Assembly (NCBI GenBank): GCA_041287245.1
Contig: JBEULP010000113.1
Span: 1-33,484 of the forward strand
DNA from: Infirmifilum sp.
Lineage (GTDB): Archaea > Thermoproteota > Thermoprotei > Thermofilales > Thermofilaceae
Direction of reading: 5' to 3'
Length of the DNA stretch: 33,484 nt
The notes below the pieces were generated by a model. That model had not been told where the DNA came from, did not search any database, and saw only the letters and a list, made by a program, of their open reading frames with translations. This document shows, piece after piece, positions 1 to 8,614 of the stretch. Made by a program: the position numbers and the translations under genes. Each line of letters starts with the position of its first letter. Position 1 is the first letter of the stretch.

Positions 1-186
1 AACGCCTACGATCCTAACACGGGTAAAACTATCTCGGAGAGCGACTATGCGAGTAACGTGTACGACATAGCGGGCCAGACGCCGACTTCAAGCGAGGTTT
101 ACGGGGGATGGGGCAGCGGCAGTCAAACCGTATCTACAAGCTTCACGGCGACTCTCTCCAATGGTGTTATAGTTCAGGCGGTGTAG
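1..186 (+). CDS. 3' end of a gene entering from the left; probably a secreted carbohydrate-active or surface protein
   Basis: Frame +1 is open from base 1 to TAG at 184-186: NAYDPNTGKTISESDYASNVYDIAGQTPTSSEVYGGWGSGSQTVSTSFTATLSNGVIVQAV*. It is S/T/G/Y/N-rich like the nearby GH57 protein and is followed by a T7 tract. The function is a guess. Confidence 0.65.
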   Translation, partial: NAYDPNTGKTISESDYASNVYDIAGQTPTSSEVYGGWGSGSQTVSTSFTATLSNGVIVQAV

Positions 187-204
187 AAGAGGCCTTTAAA
201 ACAG

Positions 205-211
205 TTTTTTT
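205..211 (+). terminator. Archaeal oligo-T terminator
   Basis: T7 run about 20 nt after the stop codon at 186. Confidence 0.55.
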
Positions 212-273
212 CTTACACTTTTTGTATAAGGTGTTGTTTCTCACTGGTCAGTTAGAGGAGAAAAGTCCCATGT

Positions 274-600
274 TTAACAGCTCGTCGGAGGAACAGCTCT
301 CCAAGTTTGAGAGAAGGCCATCCAACCCTCGTGTGTGAGACCATGCTCTCCGTACACCTTGTAACTGCCGGGAAAGGTTGTGGCTAGTACTGGCACGTCA
401 TCTAAAGCTACCGTCGCGTTTACTACTTCCACGATCGCCCCCCTTCCCACCTGTACCGTGTTTTCGGAGCCTTAGAGGAGGGCATTGCCGTCAAAGGATA
501 CTTTCACTAGAACTTTACTAACAATCTTGAGTGGATAAAGGCGCGTCGCACGCGCTCCGGGCTTTTCTACGTGGATATGCCTCCAGGAAAGGTATACGGG
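274..600 (-). pseudogene. Possible decayed gene remnant
   Basis: The minus frame reads PVYLSWRHIHVEKPGARATRLYPLKIVSKVLVKVSFDGNALL*GSENTVQVGRGAIVEVVNATVALDDVPVLATTFPGSYKVYGEHG... It looks like a beta-rich protein with one in-frame TAA (472-474), inside an unusually long 700-bp gap. Confidence 0.3.
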
Positions 601-855
601 GCTGTAGTGTCTTTGTCTTCAGAGGGACGGCGCGGGAAAAGGCGACCCCTGGTTACACGGCACACCCCCGCAGAGACGCCAGGATTGACCTCGCCTAGCT
701 AGAGGCTCTCCGTATCGCCGCTTCGCCTGTTGCACATATAATCCCGAGGCTTTCCCGTCCTGAATTACCTTAAAGTTGGAACTTAGAACATAATACTTCT
801 AGTCGTTCCATACGAGGAGTAGAGGTCTATGCAGTGCGTGGGGTCGTAGAGACAG

Positions 856-865
856 TATATATTAA
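856..865 (+). promoter_or_regulatory. TATA box for the 886 gene (probably leaderless)
   Basis: TATATATTAA about 20-30 nt upstream of the TTG start. Confidence 0.45.
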
Positions 866-885
866 CCGGCGCTTCTACCACTACG

Positions 886-2880
886 TTGGTAGTAACCTTG
901 GTAACACTTGGAAGCTATTATGGCTGTGTCTCTGAAAGGCTCGGGAGGAGCGGGTTTAAGCTAACAGATATCTTCACTTGTGCAAGGAAATTCCCCGCTG
1001 ACGTCGAGCCCATACTCGTTCAGGCTTACGGTGACGGAGAAGCAGAGAAGGTCAAAGACCTGCTTTTAAAAGAAGCTCATGAGGGCCAGTTAAACGCCGA
1101 CGAGCTTAGCATTGCCTCAACGCTTCTCGAAATTTTCCTAGGAGGCTCAGGCGTCAGCCTATTCACGGGAGAAAGCATCGCGAACATCGAGAAAGTCTAC
1201 CGCGAGCTTTCAGAGCTAGGGATCCTCCAGGGTAACAGGTCGGAGAGCTGGGCTTGGATCATCCGCGAGGTCAAAGCCCGGGTTCAGCTTGGCGTTTCCT
1301 CAGCCGAAGGCTCTGCAACGCCGCTCCTAGCGCTAGATCACAGCGACCTGCCCTGGGCTACGGGCTACCTTTGGCCTGCATTCGTAGAGCAGGTGAGGGG
1401 CGAGGGCGTTGAGACGCTAGTCTCAAGGGTGGTTGAAAGCCTGGAGACGGGGAGGCGGGTCGAGCTTGCAGGCGGATCAGGATCTGGAAGGCTGGCCTTA
1501 CTGTACCAAAGCCTAGAGGAGCTCATGAAGAGGGGTTTCACAGTCTATTTTGGGCCTGTAGACCAGGCTGTCAGGCTTTCAGGCAAGAAGGTGGTTTTCA
1601 CAGGGTATAGGATAGCCCCCGCTGGGGGCGGAGGCGAATACGCGCGAATCGAGGTAGGGGGGAGGCTGTCCCGAGGAGAGCTTGAGGGAATTCTGGATAG
1701 GATCGCGGTGTGGGATGGGCTGTCCTTATCCAGCTCGGAGAAACACGAGATAATCGAGAGTTCACGTGGAAACCCGGGCTTCATTGAAACAGTTCTAGCT
1801 TATCTATCTCTATCAAGGATGCTGAACAAGTCATTTACTATTCCTACTACGGTTGACGAAGCGATAGCGAGGTTACGCGAGGCCGTCCCGAACGAGCTAC
1901 GAGTGATGCTTGAAATACCAGCGGCCATCAACGCCCGTTGCTTCCCCACTACTCTGATAGAAGTGCCCGACGAGCACGAAGCCCTGATCGAGAAGATCCT
2001 CCTCAGGCACGAGCAGCTGGGGCTCTACTCGTGGCGCAGCCTCATATCACGAGAAGCCTTCCGAAAGCCCATCATAAGCCCCCCAGCCCTGTACAAACAC
2101 GTGTTCAGCTCAGAATCACCCTTCCACGCGGCGTGGTTCACAGTCTTAAGCCAGCCCAGCACCGCCAGGTACATCGCCGCCGAAGCCTTAAACAGGCTAG
2201 GCGAGGAGGAGAGCTACGGTATTCTGGAGGCGGTGGCCATACTGGCGCCAGGAGTCGTATCCCGTCTCCTAGGCGACGCGACTACCTATAGGCTAGCAGT
2301 TCTCGAAGGCGCTGCGGAGAACGCCGGCAGCCTCGCCCTCGCTGAGGAGCTGGCTTCCAAGGCTGTCGCTGTCCTAGAGGCTCTAAACGAGGAAGCTTTG
2401 CGTGAAAAATACCTGGAGTTCAAGGTTAAGCTTGCGGAGCTGCGCCTAGCCCGCCTCCTCCCCGAGCTGGCGTTGGAGACGCTCAAGGACGTAGGGGCAA
2501 AAGAAGAATCGATAGTCTACAGGGTAACGAAGCTAAAGGGGGCCGCGCTCCTAGGCCTCAAGGCTTACAGCGACGCGGCGAAATACCTGCGGGAAGCCAT
2601 TAGACTCGCCGAGACGCAAGGATACAAGGAAGATGCATACTCTCTGAGAACAGCCCTAGTGGACGCCCTCGCCCTAGGCGGGAGTGTCCAGGAGGCAGCA
2701 GAGGAGGCGGATAGGCTTGTAAAGGAGCTGGTCCGTGAAGATTGCTCCTATGCCGGCCTACTCTACTCTGCAGCAGCAAGACACCGCGAGTTGAGGGGGA
2801 AGTCCAGTCCAGCCGTGTGCGCATCACTCATAAGGTGCGGCTACCCGGACCTTGCAGCGGCGTATGGATGCTTCAGCTAG
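886..2880 (+). CDS. STAND-like P-loop protein with C-terminal TPR-like helical repeats; ATPase site degenerate
   Basis: 664 aa. Walker A-like VELAGGSGSGRL has R in place of K. A GxP motif (SRGNPGFI) is present. Ala/Leu/Glu-rich TPR-like helices follow (KGAALLGLKAYSDAAKYLREAIRLA). Confidence 0.6.
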   Translation: MVVTLVTLGSYYGCVSERLGRSGFKLTDIFTCARKFPADVEPILVQAYGDGEAEKVKDLLLKEAHEGQLNADELSIASTLLEIFLGGSGVSLFTGESIANIEKVYRELSELGILQGNRSESWAWIIREVKARVQLGVSSAEGSATPLLALDHSDLPWATGYLWPAFVEQVRGEGVETLVSRVVESLETGRRVELAGGSGSGRLALLYQSLEELMKRGFTVYFGPVDQAVRLSGKKVVFTGYRIAPAGGGGEYARIEVGGRLSRGELEGILDRIAVWDGLSLSSSEKHEIIESSRGNPGFIETVLAYLSLSRMLNKSFTIPTTVDEAIARLREAVPNELRVMLEIPAAINARCFPTTLIEVPDEHEALIEKILLRHEQLGLYSWRSLISREAFRKPIISPPALYKHVFSSESPFHAAWFTVLSQPSTARYIAAEALNRLGEEESYGILEAVAILAPGVVSRLLGDATTYRLAVLEGAAENAGSLALAEELASKAVAVLEALNEEALREKYLEFKVKLAELRLARLLPELALETLKDVGAKEESIVYRVTKLKGAALLGLKAYSDAAKYLREAIRLAETQGYKEDAYSLRTALVDALALGGSVQEAAEEADRLVKELVREDCSYAGLLYSAAARHRELRGKSSPAVCASLIRCGYPDLAAAYGCFS

Positions 2881-2957
2881 CCTTGGAACTTCTACTTTCT
2901 CCCACAAGTCTGAAATGCGCTAGGAGGTTTGCAAGAGAATCAAGCTATTTTAATACT

Positions 2958-2970
2958 AAACCCTTATAAA
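2958..2970 (+). promoter_or_regulatory. BRE plus TATA box of the GH57 gene
   Basis: AAACCCTTATAAA about 20-30 nt upstream of 2991. Confidence 0.55.
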
Positions 2971-2990
2971 TTACAAGCATAAAGTATTTA

Positions 2991-5774
2991 TTGAAGAAAG
3001 GGGCTGAAAGGATGGAAAGTGGGCGTAGCTTTGAAAGGAAACGTGTAATTGTTGCTCTTCTAACAGTAATTATCCTCACGTCTCCATACTTGTTCTCCCC
3101 TCACGTTGGCTTACCTAGGGCGTCCGCGCAGCCAACCATAGACGGAGTTGGATACGATTGGCCTTACTCCTCGTGCCACGCTTTAGACTTTGCGGGTGAC
3201 CTTCTATCGAAGAATGGCTTCTACGATGACTCACGCGATCTAATTGCCTGGTACTATTACTCGGATGCAAACTACGCTTACATGCGTATTGATCTTCTCG
3301 ACTTAGCATATGGCGCTGAAGTAGCATCCAGTGGAAGCATCTCGGACGCGCTAAACATCTACATTCTAATAGGATGGTCTGGAGCACCAGGGTATCAAGG
3401 ATGGGCTCCGGACTACATCCAGATCAACGGCTACGGGATTTATCTGCCAGACTATCAGTGGGTCTTAGCAGTCGCAATCTACGACACCTCGCACTACCGG
3501 GTCTACGACTACAATTGGAATATTGTGGCGCAAAACACGGGTCTCCAGGTAGCATTCAACAGTCAATGGGACATCGTCGAGCTAGCGGTTCCCGCATCGA
3601 TACTCACGAAATACGGCTGGTCCTCAACGACTAGAGTCTGGGCAAAGGTAGTAACAACATACGTTGAAGGCGGCGTCTCCAAAGCTGCTGACGTCATGCC
3701 AAACACGCTTACATTCAGCAACGGGGCTTATCAGTGGTCGGGCGCTTTATTCAGCGACCAGTATGTAGGCACAGCTAAGCTTGCTATAGTGCAACACGGC
3801 AACCAGCACTTGACCGATAACCGGGCTCTCAACAACCCTTCGTCTAAAAACAGTTACGGGTACATCCTCTACCTCCACGACGATGTCTCGAACAGGACTG
3901 GCAGAAACATACCTGTCAACATTCACCTCAGCGGCACACTCCTATCCAGTTACCTCTGGTGGGATCCAAACTTCATCAGCTACATCAAGAGCCTCCTGGC
4001 TAGGGGGCGCGTCGACATCCTGGGCGGCGTGTGGGCTGAGCACATAACCGCTTACTTCTACGATAACTTCAATGCTCCGTCGGCTAGCTACACGAAACAA
4101 CAGATCCAGACAGTGTTCGGCTATACTCCACTTGTAGCGTGGGTTCCAGAGAGAACATGGGATCACGATAGAACTGGGATTGCCTGGACGCTCAGCAAGT
4201 ACTACAAAGCCGTCATTTTAGACGCTAACACGCACCACGACGACTGGATGCCGAGTAGCAATCCCCTTAAACCCCACAAGTATGATACGACTAAGACAAA
4301 CGGCAACACTCTCTATGTCTTCTTCATCGACTGGAATACCCAGCAGGAGTTTCTAGCCAATACTGACGGAGGGTTAAACAGAGATCTTCGAATAAAGTAC
4401 ATAGGACTTGCAACCTCGAGCGACCAGCAGCAAGTGGCTGTATATGCCGACGATTGGGAGAAAGCAGCTGGCATCGCCGGATGGGATTCAAATGGCCCCA
4501 CATACTACGAGAACTCTCTCAGGTGGATCGCAATGCACCCATGGATTCAAGTCGTAAAGCTGAGCAGCGTTGTCTCCTGGTTAGACAGCGGCTCTTGGAC
4601 TCCCGTGACCGGATTCCACGCGGGCTACGACACCTATCTCCTCTTAAAACAGTGGGTTCAGGCGTACCCATATGACTATCGAAGGGCCTACGACGGCTGG
4701 TACTGGGGCACAAGCGTCGAGGAAAGCTTCGCCATGCTTGGAAGCGGCCAGGAGAAGTACCCGCTTCCCGAAACCATAATGCCGCTCGGCGACGTCTTCG
4801 GCTACACCTCATGGCAAGGCTCTCCAAATAACACAGTGATCTACAGGCTCCTAGCCCCCGGCAACCTTTTCGACAAGGCGCCGAAGAACGAGCTTTGGCA
4901 GGCAGCCCTGGTTACAGCTAGCTCAATGCTATACGAGACCGCATGGCACGACGGGGACCTTAACGCCGGCTGGGGCAGGCAGGTTTGGAATCACCTCCGC
5001 CTAGCCAACATCTTGTTGAATGCAGCCTACTGGCTTAACGACGCGCGGGCAGGTAAGATCACGGGAGTATCATACAAGGTCGGGGACTTCGACTGGGATG
5101 GTAAGAACGAGGTGATAGTCTACACTCCCTCTATCTTCGCCTATATAGATGGTGTCGGCGGGGCTCTGGCGTTTTTAGCGTTCTACAACAAGACCTCTAA
5201 CAAGGTGTTCATAGCGGTTGGAGCACCCATGGTATACTGGACCACCGAGAACACGATGTGGTACGGTGCCAGCCACCTGGGCATGTTCGTAGACGACTAC
5301 TACACAGCCACGGGCAAGAACTACTATAACCGGGAGTACCAGATATACTCTATAAGCCTCTCCTCCACATCGTTAACCGTCACGCTCTCTGCCCCCGACC
5401 TGGACGCTGACGGCAAGCCCGACTTCTCCAAGTCCTTTATCTTTGGAACAAGCTCGAACTATGTCTCGGTGAAATATACAGGCTCGAAGACAGGCACACT
5501 CTACGTCGTTACAGGGTTCTCAGTTGATCCTATGGCGTCCCTGCAGACTGGAAACCCCTTACGGCAGGTGGGCACGCCCTCCTCCACAAGCTACTTTGGA
5601 TACTATAATAGCTACTCAAAGGCCAAGGCATACGTCACGCCGGGGACTGGGGCAAGCTGGACAGGGTCTCAAGATGTTGTAAAATATACTCTGCAGTACC
5701 GCGCGAAGCTCTCATTCTCTTTGTCCACAACATCTACGAGCTCCGCTACACTATATCTTTACATCAAAAGTTAA
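2991..5774 (+). CDS. Secreted glycoside hydrolase family 57 protein (alpha-amylase/4-alpha-glucanotransferase-like) with an N-terminal DOMON-like beta domain; start may be ATG 3012
   Basis: Signal peptide RKRVIVALLTVIILT...ASA-Q. GH57 regions: QHGNQH (variant of HxHQP), NIHLSGTLL, DILGG, WVPERTW (nucleophile Glu), ADDWEK (acid/base Asp). The C-terminal domain begins DFDWDGKNEVIV, as in GH57 glucanotransferases. Confidence 0.8.
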   Translation: MKKGAERMESGRSFERKRVIVALLTVIILTSPYLFSPHVGLPRASAQPTIDGVGYDWPYSSCHALDFAGDLLSKNGFYDDSRDLIAWYYYSDANYAYMRIDLLDLAYGAEVASSGSISDALNIYILIGWSGAPGYQGWAPDYIQINGYGIYLPDYQWVLAVAIYDTSHYRVYDYNWNIVAQNTGLQVAFNSQWDIVELAVPASILTKYGWSSTTRVWAKVVTTYVEGGVSKAADVMPNTLTFSNGAYQWSGALFSDQYVGTAKLAIVQHGNQHLTDNRALNNPSSKNSYGYILYLHDDVSNRTGRNIPVNIHLSGTLLSSYLWWDPNFISYIKSLLARGRVDILGGVWAEHITAYFYDNFNAPSASYTKQQIQTVFGYTPLVAWVPERTWDHDRTGIAWTLSKYYKAVILDANTHHDDWMPSSNPLKPHKYDTTKTNGNTLYVFFIDWNTQQEFLANTDGGLNRDLRIKYIGLATSSDQQQVAVYADDWEKAAGIAGWDSNGPTYYENSLRWIAMHPWIQVVKLSSVVSWLDSGSWTPVTGFHAGYDTYLLLKQWVQAYPYDYRRAYDGWYWGTSVEESFAMLGSGQEKYPLPETIMPLGDVFGYTSWQGSPNNTVIYRLLAPGNLFDKAPKNELWQAALVTASSMLYETAWHDGDLNAGWGRQVWNHLRLANILLNAAYWLNDARAGKITGVSYKVGDFDWDGKNEVIVYTPSIFAYIDGVGGALAFLAFYNKTSNKVFIAVGAPMVYWTTENTMWYGASHLGMFVDDYYTATGKNYYNREYQIYSISLSSTSLTVTLSAPDLDADGKPDFSKSFIFGTSSNYVSVKYTGSKTGTLYVVTGFSVDPMASLQTGNPLRQVGTPSSTSYFGYYNSYSKAKAYVTPGTGASWTGSQDVVKYTLQYRAKLSFSLSTTSTSSATLYLYIKS

Positions 5775-5779
5775 AACGA

Positions 5780-5786
5780 TTTTTTT
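5780..5786 (+). terminator. Oligo-T terminator
   Basis: T7 run just after the GH57 stop codon. Confidence 0.55.
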
Positions 5787-5907
5787 CTCGTGAAATCTTC
5801 CTTCTTCAAATCTCCCTTAAAAATAAAGCAACGGTTGTAACTGCCAGAAACACTTTCACCCTTTTTAAGCGAATATTTTTTGTCTCTCTCGCCTCCAAGT
5901 CAAGGGT

Positions 5908-7290
5908 ATGCCTGACATCCTGGTGCTAAACGAGAAATCCAACATAGGCATCGCTACCCTGTGGACTAAGAAAGAAGTTGTTCTCGCGGCGCTCCAGCGC
6001 ATGGGTGTAGACTCAAAGGTGAACATCATAGGTACTTTATACACGAAGTATGGGATTAACCATTTATTATATACTCTCTCGAGGCACCCCGAGATAAACA
6101 CCCTAATAATCTTCGGAGCCGATCTCTCTGGAAGCGGCTACGCACTCGTAGAGTTGTTTAAGGGGAGAGTCGTAGAGGGGCTGAGGCTCATGTGGACCCT
6201 TGAGGAACTAAAGCCCATACTTGAGACTGTGAAAGTATTGGATCTCCGCGAAGAATTCAAAAAAGGCAACTATCAATCCCTTGCAGAAACTATCGAGCAG
6301 GTATTCTCCCCTGGAACATACAGATCCATACTTAACCTCGAGTTAAGAGAAGTTGAGGCTTCAACATGGCCAGAACAGGTTGCCGGGCTTGTGGTGGTAG
6401 AAGAGGACATCCTCAGGGCGTGGGCAAAGCTACTCGACGCTGTGACACACTGGGGCTATGTGAAAGCCAGCGAGTACGGTGAAAGGCAGAAGCAGCTTCT
6501 CGGCGTAGAGGTGGTGTTGTATGCTGAGGAAGCCCTGGCGAAAGCCCACCGGCTCGAAGCCTACTTCTCCCGTGACGAGCTTCAAGCCCACGTGAAATCT
6601 CTACTTGAAGGCCTTGAGGGCGCAAGCTACTCTTATGGCGAGAGGCTCCGCAGACACAGGCTAGCTGGTGACCAAATAGAGTCCCTCGTGTCCAGACTTG
6701 CAACTTCCCCAGCAACCAGGAGGGCTATTGCCTTGACATGGGACTTCACCGTCGACCCCTCGAGCCAGGATCCCCCCTGTCTAATCCTGGTTCAAGGGGA
6801 CGTTTCAGGCAATAAGTACAACCAGCTCGCATACTTCAGGAGCCACGACGTCTACGCCGGTTGGCCGGTAAACGTTTATGGGCTTTTAAGGCTCATGGAA
6901 AACGTCTCGTCTATGCTTACCGAGAGGATGGGGCGTCAGATAAGACCCGGGTTTCTCACCGTCTTTAGCGCCTCGCTCCATCTCTACGAGCATGATTGGG
7001 CGAGGGCCCGAGAGGTCATCATGCGGGAGAAGCACAGTTTCAGATCCTTTATACCAGACCCAAAGGGAAACTTCATAATAAGGCTAAGCGAGGGTAAAAT
7101 CATCCTAGAGCATAGAGACAGTGAGGGAGTGCTCGCAGCCTCTTACTCCGGGGGAACAGCAAAGGAAATACTAGACCAGGTTAACCTCGACGCCCTTATG
7201 CCTAGGCACGCCTCCTACCTTACGCGCGAGCTTCTCAGGGCTGAGGCTGCATTAAGGGAAGGTAAAGAGTATGTACAAGACGCAGTTTAA
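5908..7290 (+). CDS. thyA: Thymidylate synthase (archaeal ThyA-type) fused to an N-terminal MtrA-like domain and a C-terminal DUF4346 domain
   Basis: TS motifs: YSYGERL, TRRA, DPPCL (catalytic Cys), FRSHD, GWPVN, SLHLYE. The N-terminus IGIATLW...IGTLYTKYGINHLLYTLSRHPEINTLIIFG resembles MtrA. The C-terminus PDPKGNFII...HASYLTRELLRAE..L..GKEYVQD is typical of DUF4346. Confidence 0.8.
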   Translation: MPDILVLNEKSNIGIATLWTKKEVVLAALQRMGVDSKVNIIGTLYTKYGINHLLYTLSRHPEINTLIIFGADLSGSGYALVELFKGRVVEGLRLMWTLEELKPILETVKVLDLREEFKKGNYQSLAETIEQVFSPGTYRSILNLELREVEASTWPEQVAGLVVVEEDILRAWAKLLDAVTHWGYVKASEYGERQKQLLGVEVVLYAEEALAKAHRLEAYFSRDELQAHVKSLLEGLEGASYSYGERLRRHRLAGDQIESLVSRLATSPATRRAIALTWDFTVDPSSQDPPCLILVQGDVSGNKYNQLAYFRSHDVYAGWPVNVYGLLRLMENVSSMLTERMGRQIRPGFLTVFSASLHLYEHDWARAREVIMREKHSFRSFIPDPKGNFIIRLSEGKIILEHRDSEGVLAASYSGGTAKEILDQVNLDALMPRHASYLTRELLRAEAALREGKEYVQDAV

Positions 7291-8567
7291 CCTTTAACAA
7301 TCATTATCTTTCTTAGAGCCTCCCTAAAAGCGTCTAATTCTTCGAAAGTATTGTAAAGGTAGAAGCTAGCCCTTACCGTTCCCATGGGGGCTCCCAGCCT
7401 CTTAACCAATGGCAGCGCGCAGTGATGCCCGCTTCTAACAGCTATACCCTCGCTGTCCAATAGCTGGGCCACCTCGTGAGGGGTTAGCCCATCAATCGTG
7501 AAGCTCACGACGCCAACCCTATCCGTCAAGTCGATAGGGCCGTATATCCTTGCGCCAGCATCGTTCAAGATTTCGAGGCACCTCTGGGTAAGCTCTCTCT
7601 CATGCTTCTCAATGTACTCCAAGCCCACCCTTTCAAGGTACTCGACTGCCACCGAGAGCCCTATCGCGCCTGCGACGTTGGGCGTGCCAGCCTCGAACTT
7701 TTGCGGGTGGGACAGCCACTCCGCGCTGCAAGAGTCCCCCTCACAGCTGACAAGCGAGATTGCCCCGCCTCCCGGGAAGGGTGGTTCCAGCCTCTCGCCT
7801 AGTTCTCTCTTGATGAAGAGGCCTCCTATTCCCATTGGGCCAAGCATCTTGTGCCCTGAAAACGCGAGGAAGTCTGCGCCGATCGCCGTCACGTCGACCT
7901 TGATGTGGGGGACGCTTTGAGCGCCGTCCACAAGGCAGAGCGCGCCGTGCTTATGAGCTTCCTCACAGATCTCGCGCACCGGGTTAACCACACCGGTTAC
8001 ATTACTTACATGCGTTACGGCTACGACGCGGGTTTTGTCGCTGAGCTTCCTTTTGAAGTCTTCAAGATCGAGTCGCCCCTCCTCAGTCACGTCTACTACT
8101 CTTACACTAGCATGTGCCAGCCTTGCTACCCGGATCCACGGCAGAAGGTTGCTGTGGTGCTCCATTCTAGTCACTAGAATTTCATCGCTCCTTTGAAGCA
8201 TTCCGGAGGCTAGGAGGGAGTAGGCGGCCAGGTTGATGCTCTCGGTAGCGTTCTTGGTGAAGACAAGCTCGTCCGGCCTAGCCCCTATAAAGCTAGCTAC
8301 TATCTTCCTAGAAGCCTCGTATGCCTCTGTAGCTGTTACCGCGAGTTCATGCACGCTTCGCCCTATGTTTGCGTTTTGGCTCCTGTAGAAGCCGTCCACA
8401 GCCTCTACGACCTGGGTTGGCCTCTGGCTTGTAGCAGCGTTGTCGAAGTATATCAGCTGTTTCCCGTGCACTTTACGGTTGAATATTGGGAAGTCCTTCC
8501 TTATCTCATAGGGGTTTAACAAGCGACCCGCCTCGACAAGTATATGTTGTGAAACAATATAAATCAT
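7287..8567 (-). CDS. sufS: Cysteine desulfurase, SufS (group II); true start probably TTG at 8522
   Basis: IRKDFP, YFDNAATSQRP, MEHHSN, DGAQ, FSGHKMLGP (PLP Lys), FEAGTP, RSGHHCA (catalytic Cys). Confidence 0.93.
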   Translation of the reverse strand: MIYIVSQHILVEAGRLLNPYEIRKDFPIFNRKVHGKQLIYFDNAATSQRPTQVVEAVDGFYRSQNANIGRSVHELAVTATEAYEASRKIVASFIGARPDELVFTKNATESINLAAYSLLASGMLQRSDEILVTRMEHHSNLLPWIRVARLAHASVRVVDVTEEGRLDLEDFKRKLSDKTRVVAVTHVSNVTGVVNPVREICEEAHKHGALCLVDGAQSVPHIKVDVTAIGADFLAFSGHKMLGPMGIGGLFIKRELGERLEPPFPGGGAISLVSCEGDSCSAEWLSHPQKFEAGTPNVAGAIGLSVAVEYLERVGLEYIEKHERELTQRCLEILNDAGARIYGPIDLTDRVGVVSFTIDGLTPHEVAQLLDSEGIAVRSGHHCALPLVKRLGAPMGTVRASFYLYNTFEELDAFREALRKIMIVKG

Positions 8568-8614
8568 TGTTATAATAAAAGTGGGAGATTAGACGGAGTG
8601 TATGTTTAATAAGG

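Noticed and set aside
108..338. 76-aa plus-strand ORF
   Set aside because: It overlaps the better frame +1 gene tail and runs through its T-tract terminator, with no recognisable motif.
624..760. GC-rich stretch whose ends could pair (GGACGG...CCGTCC), a possible structured RNA
   Set aside because: The pairing is short, and I see no tRNA, SRP, RNase P or C/D box features.
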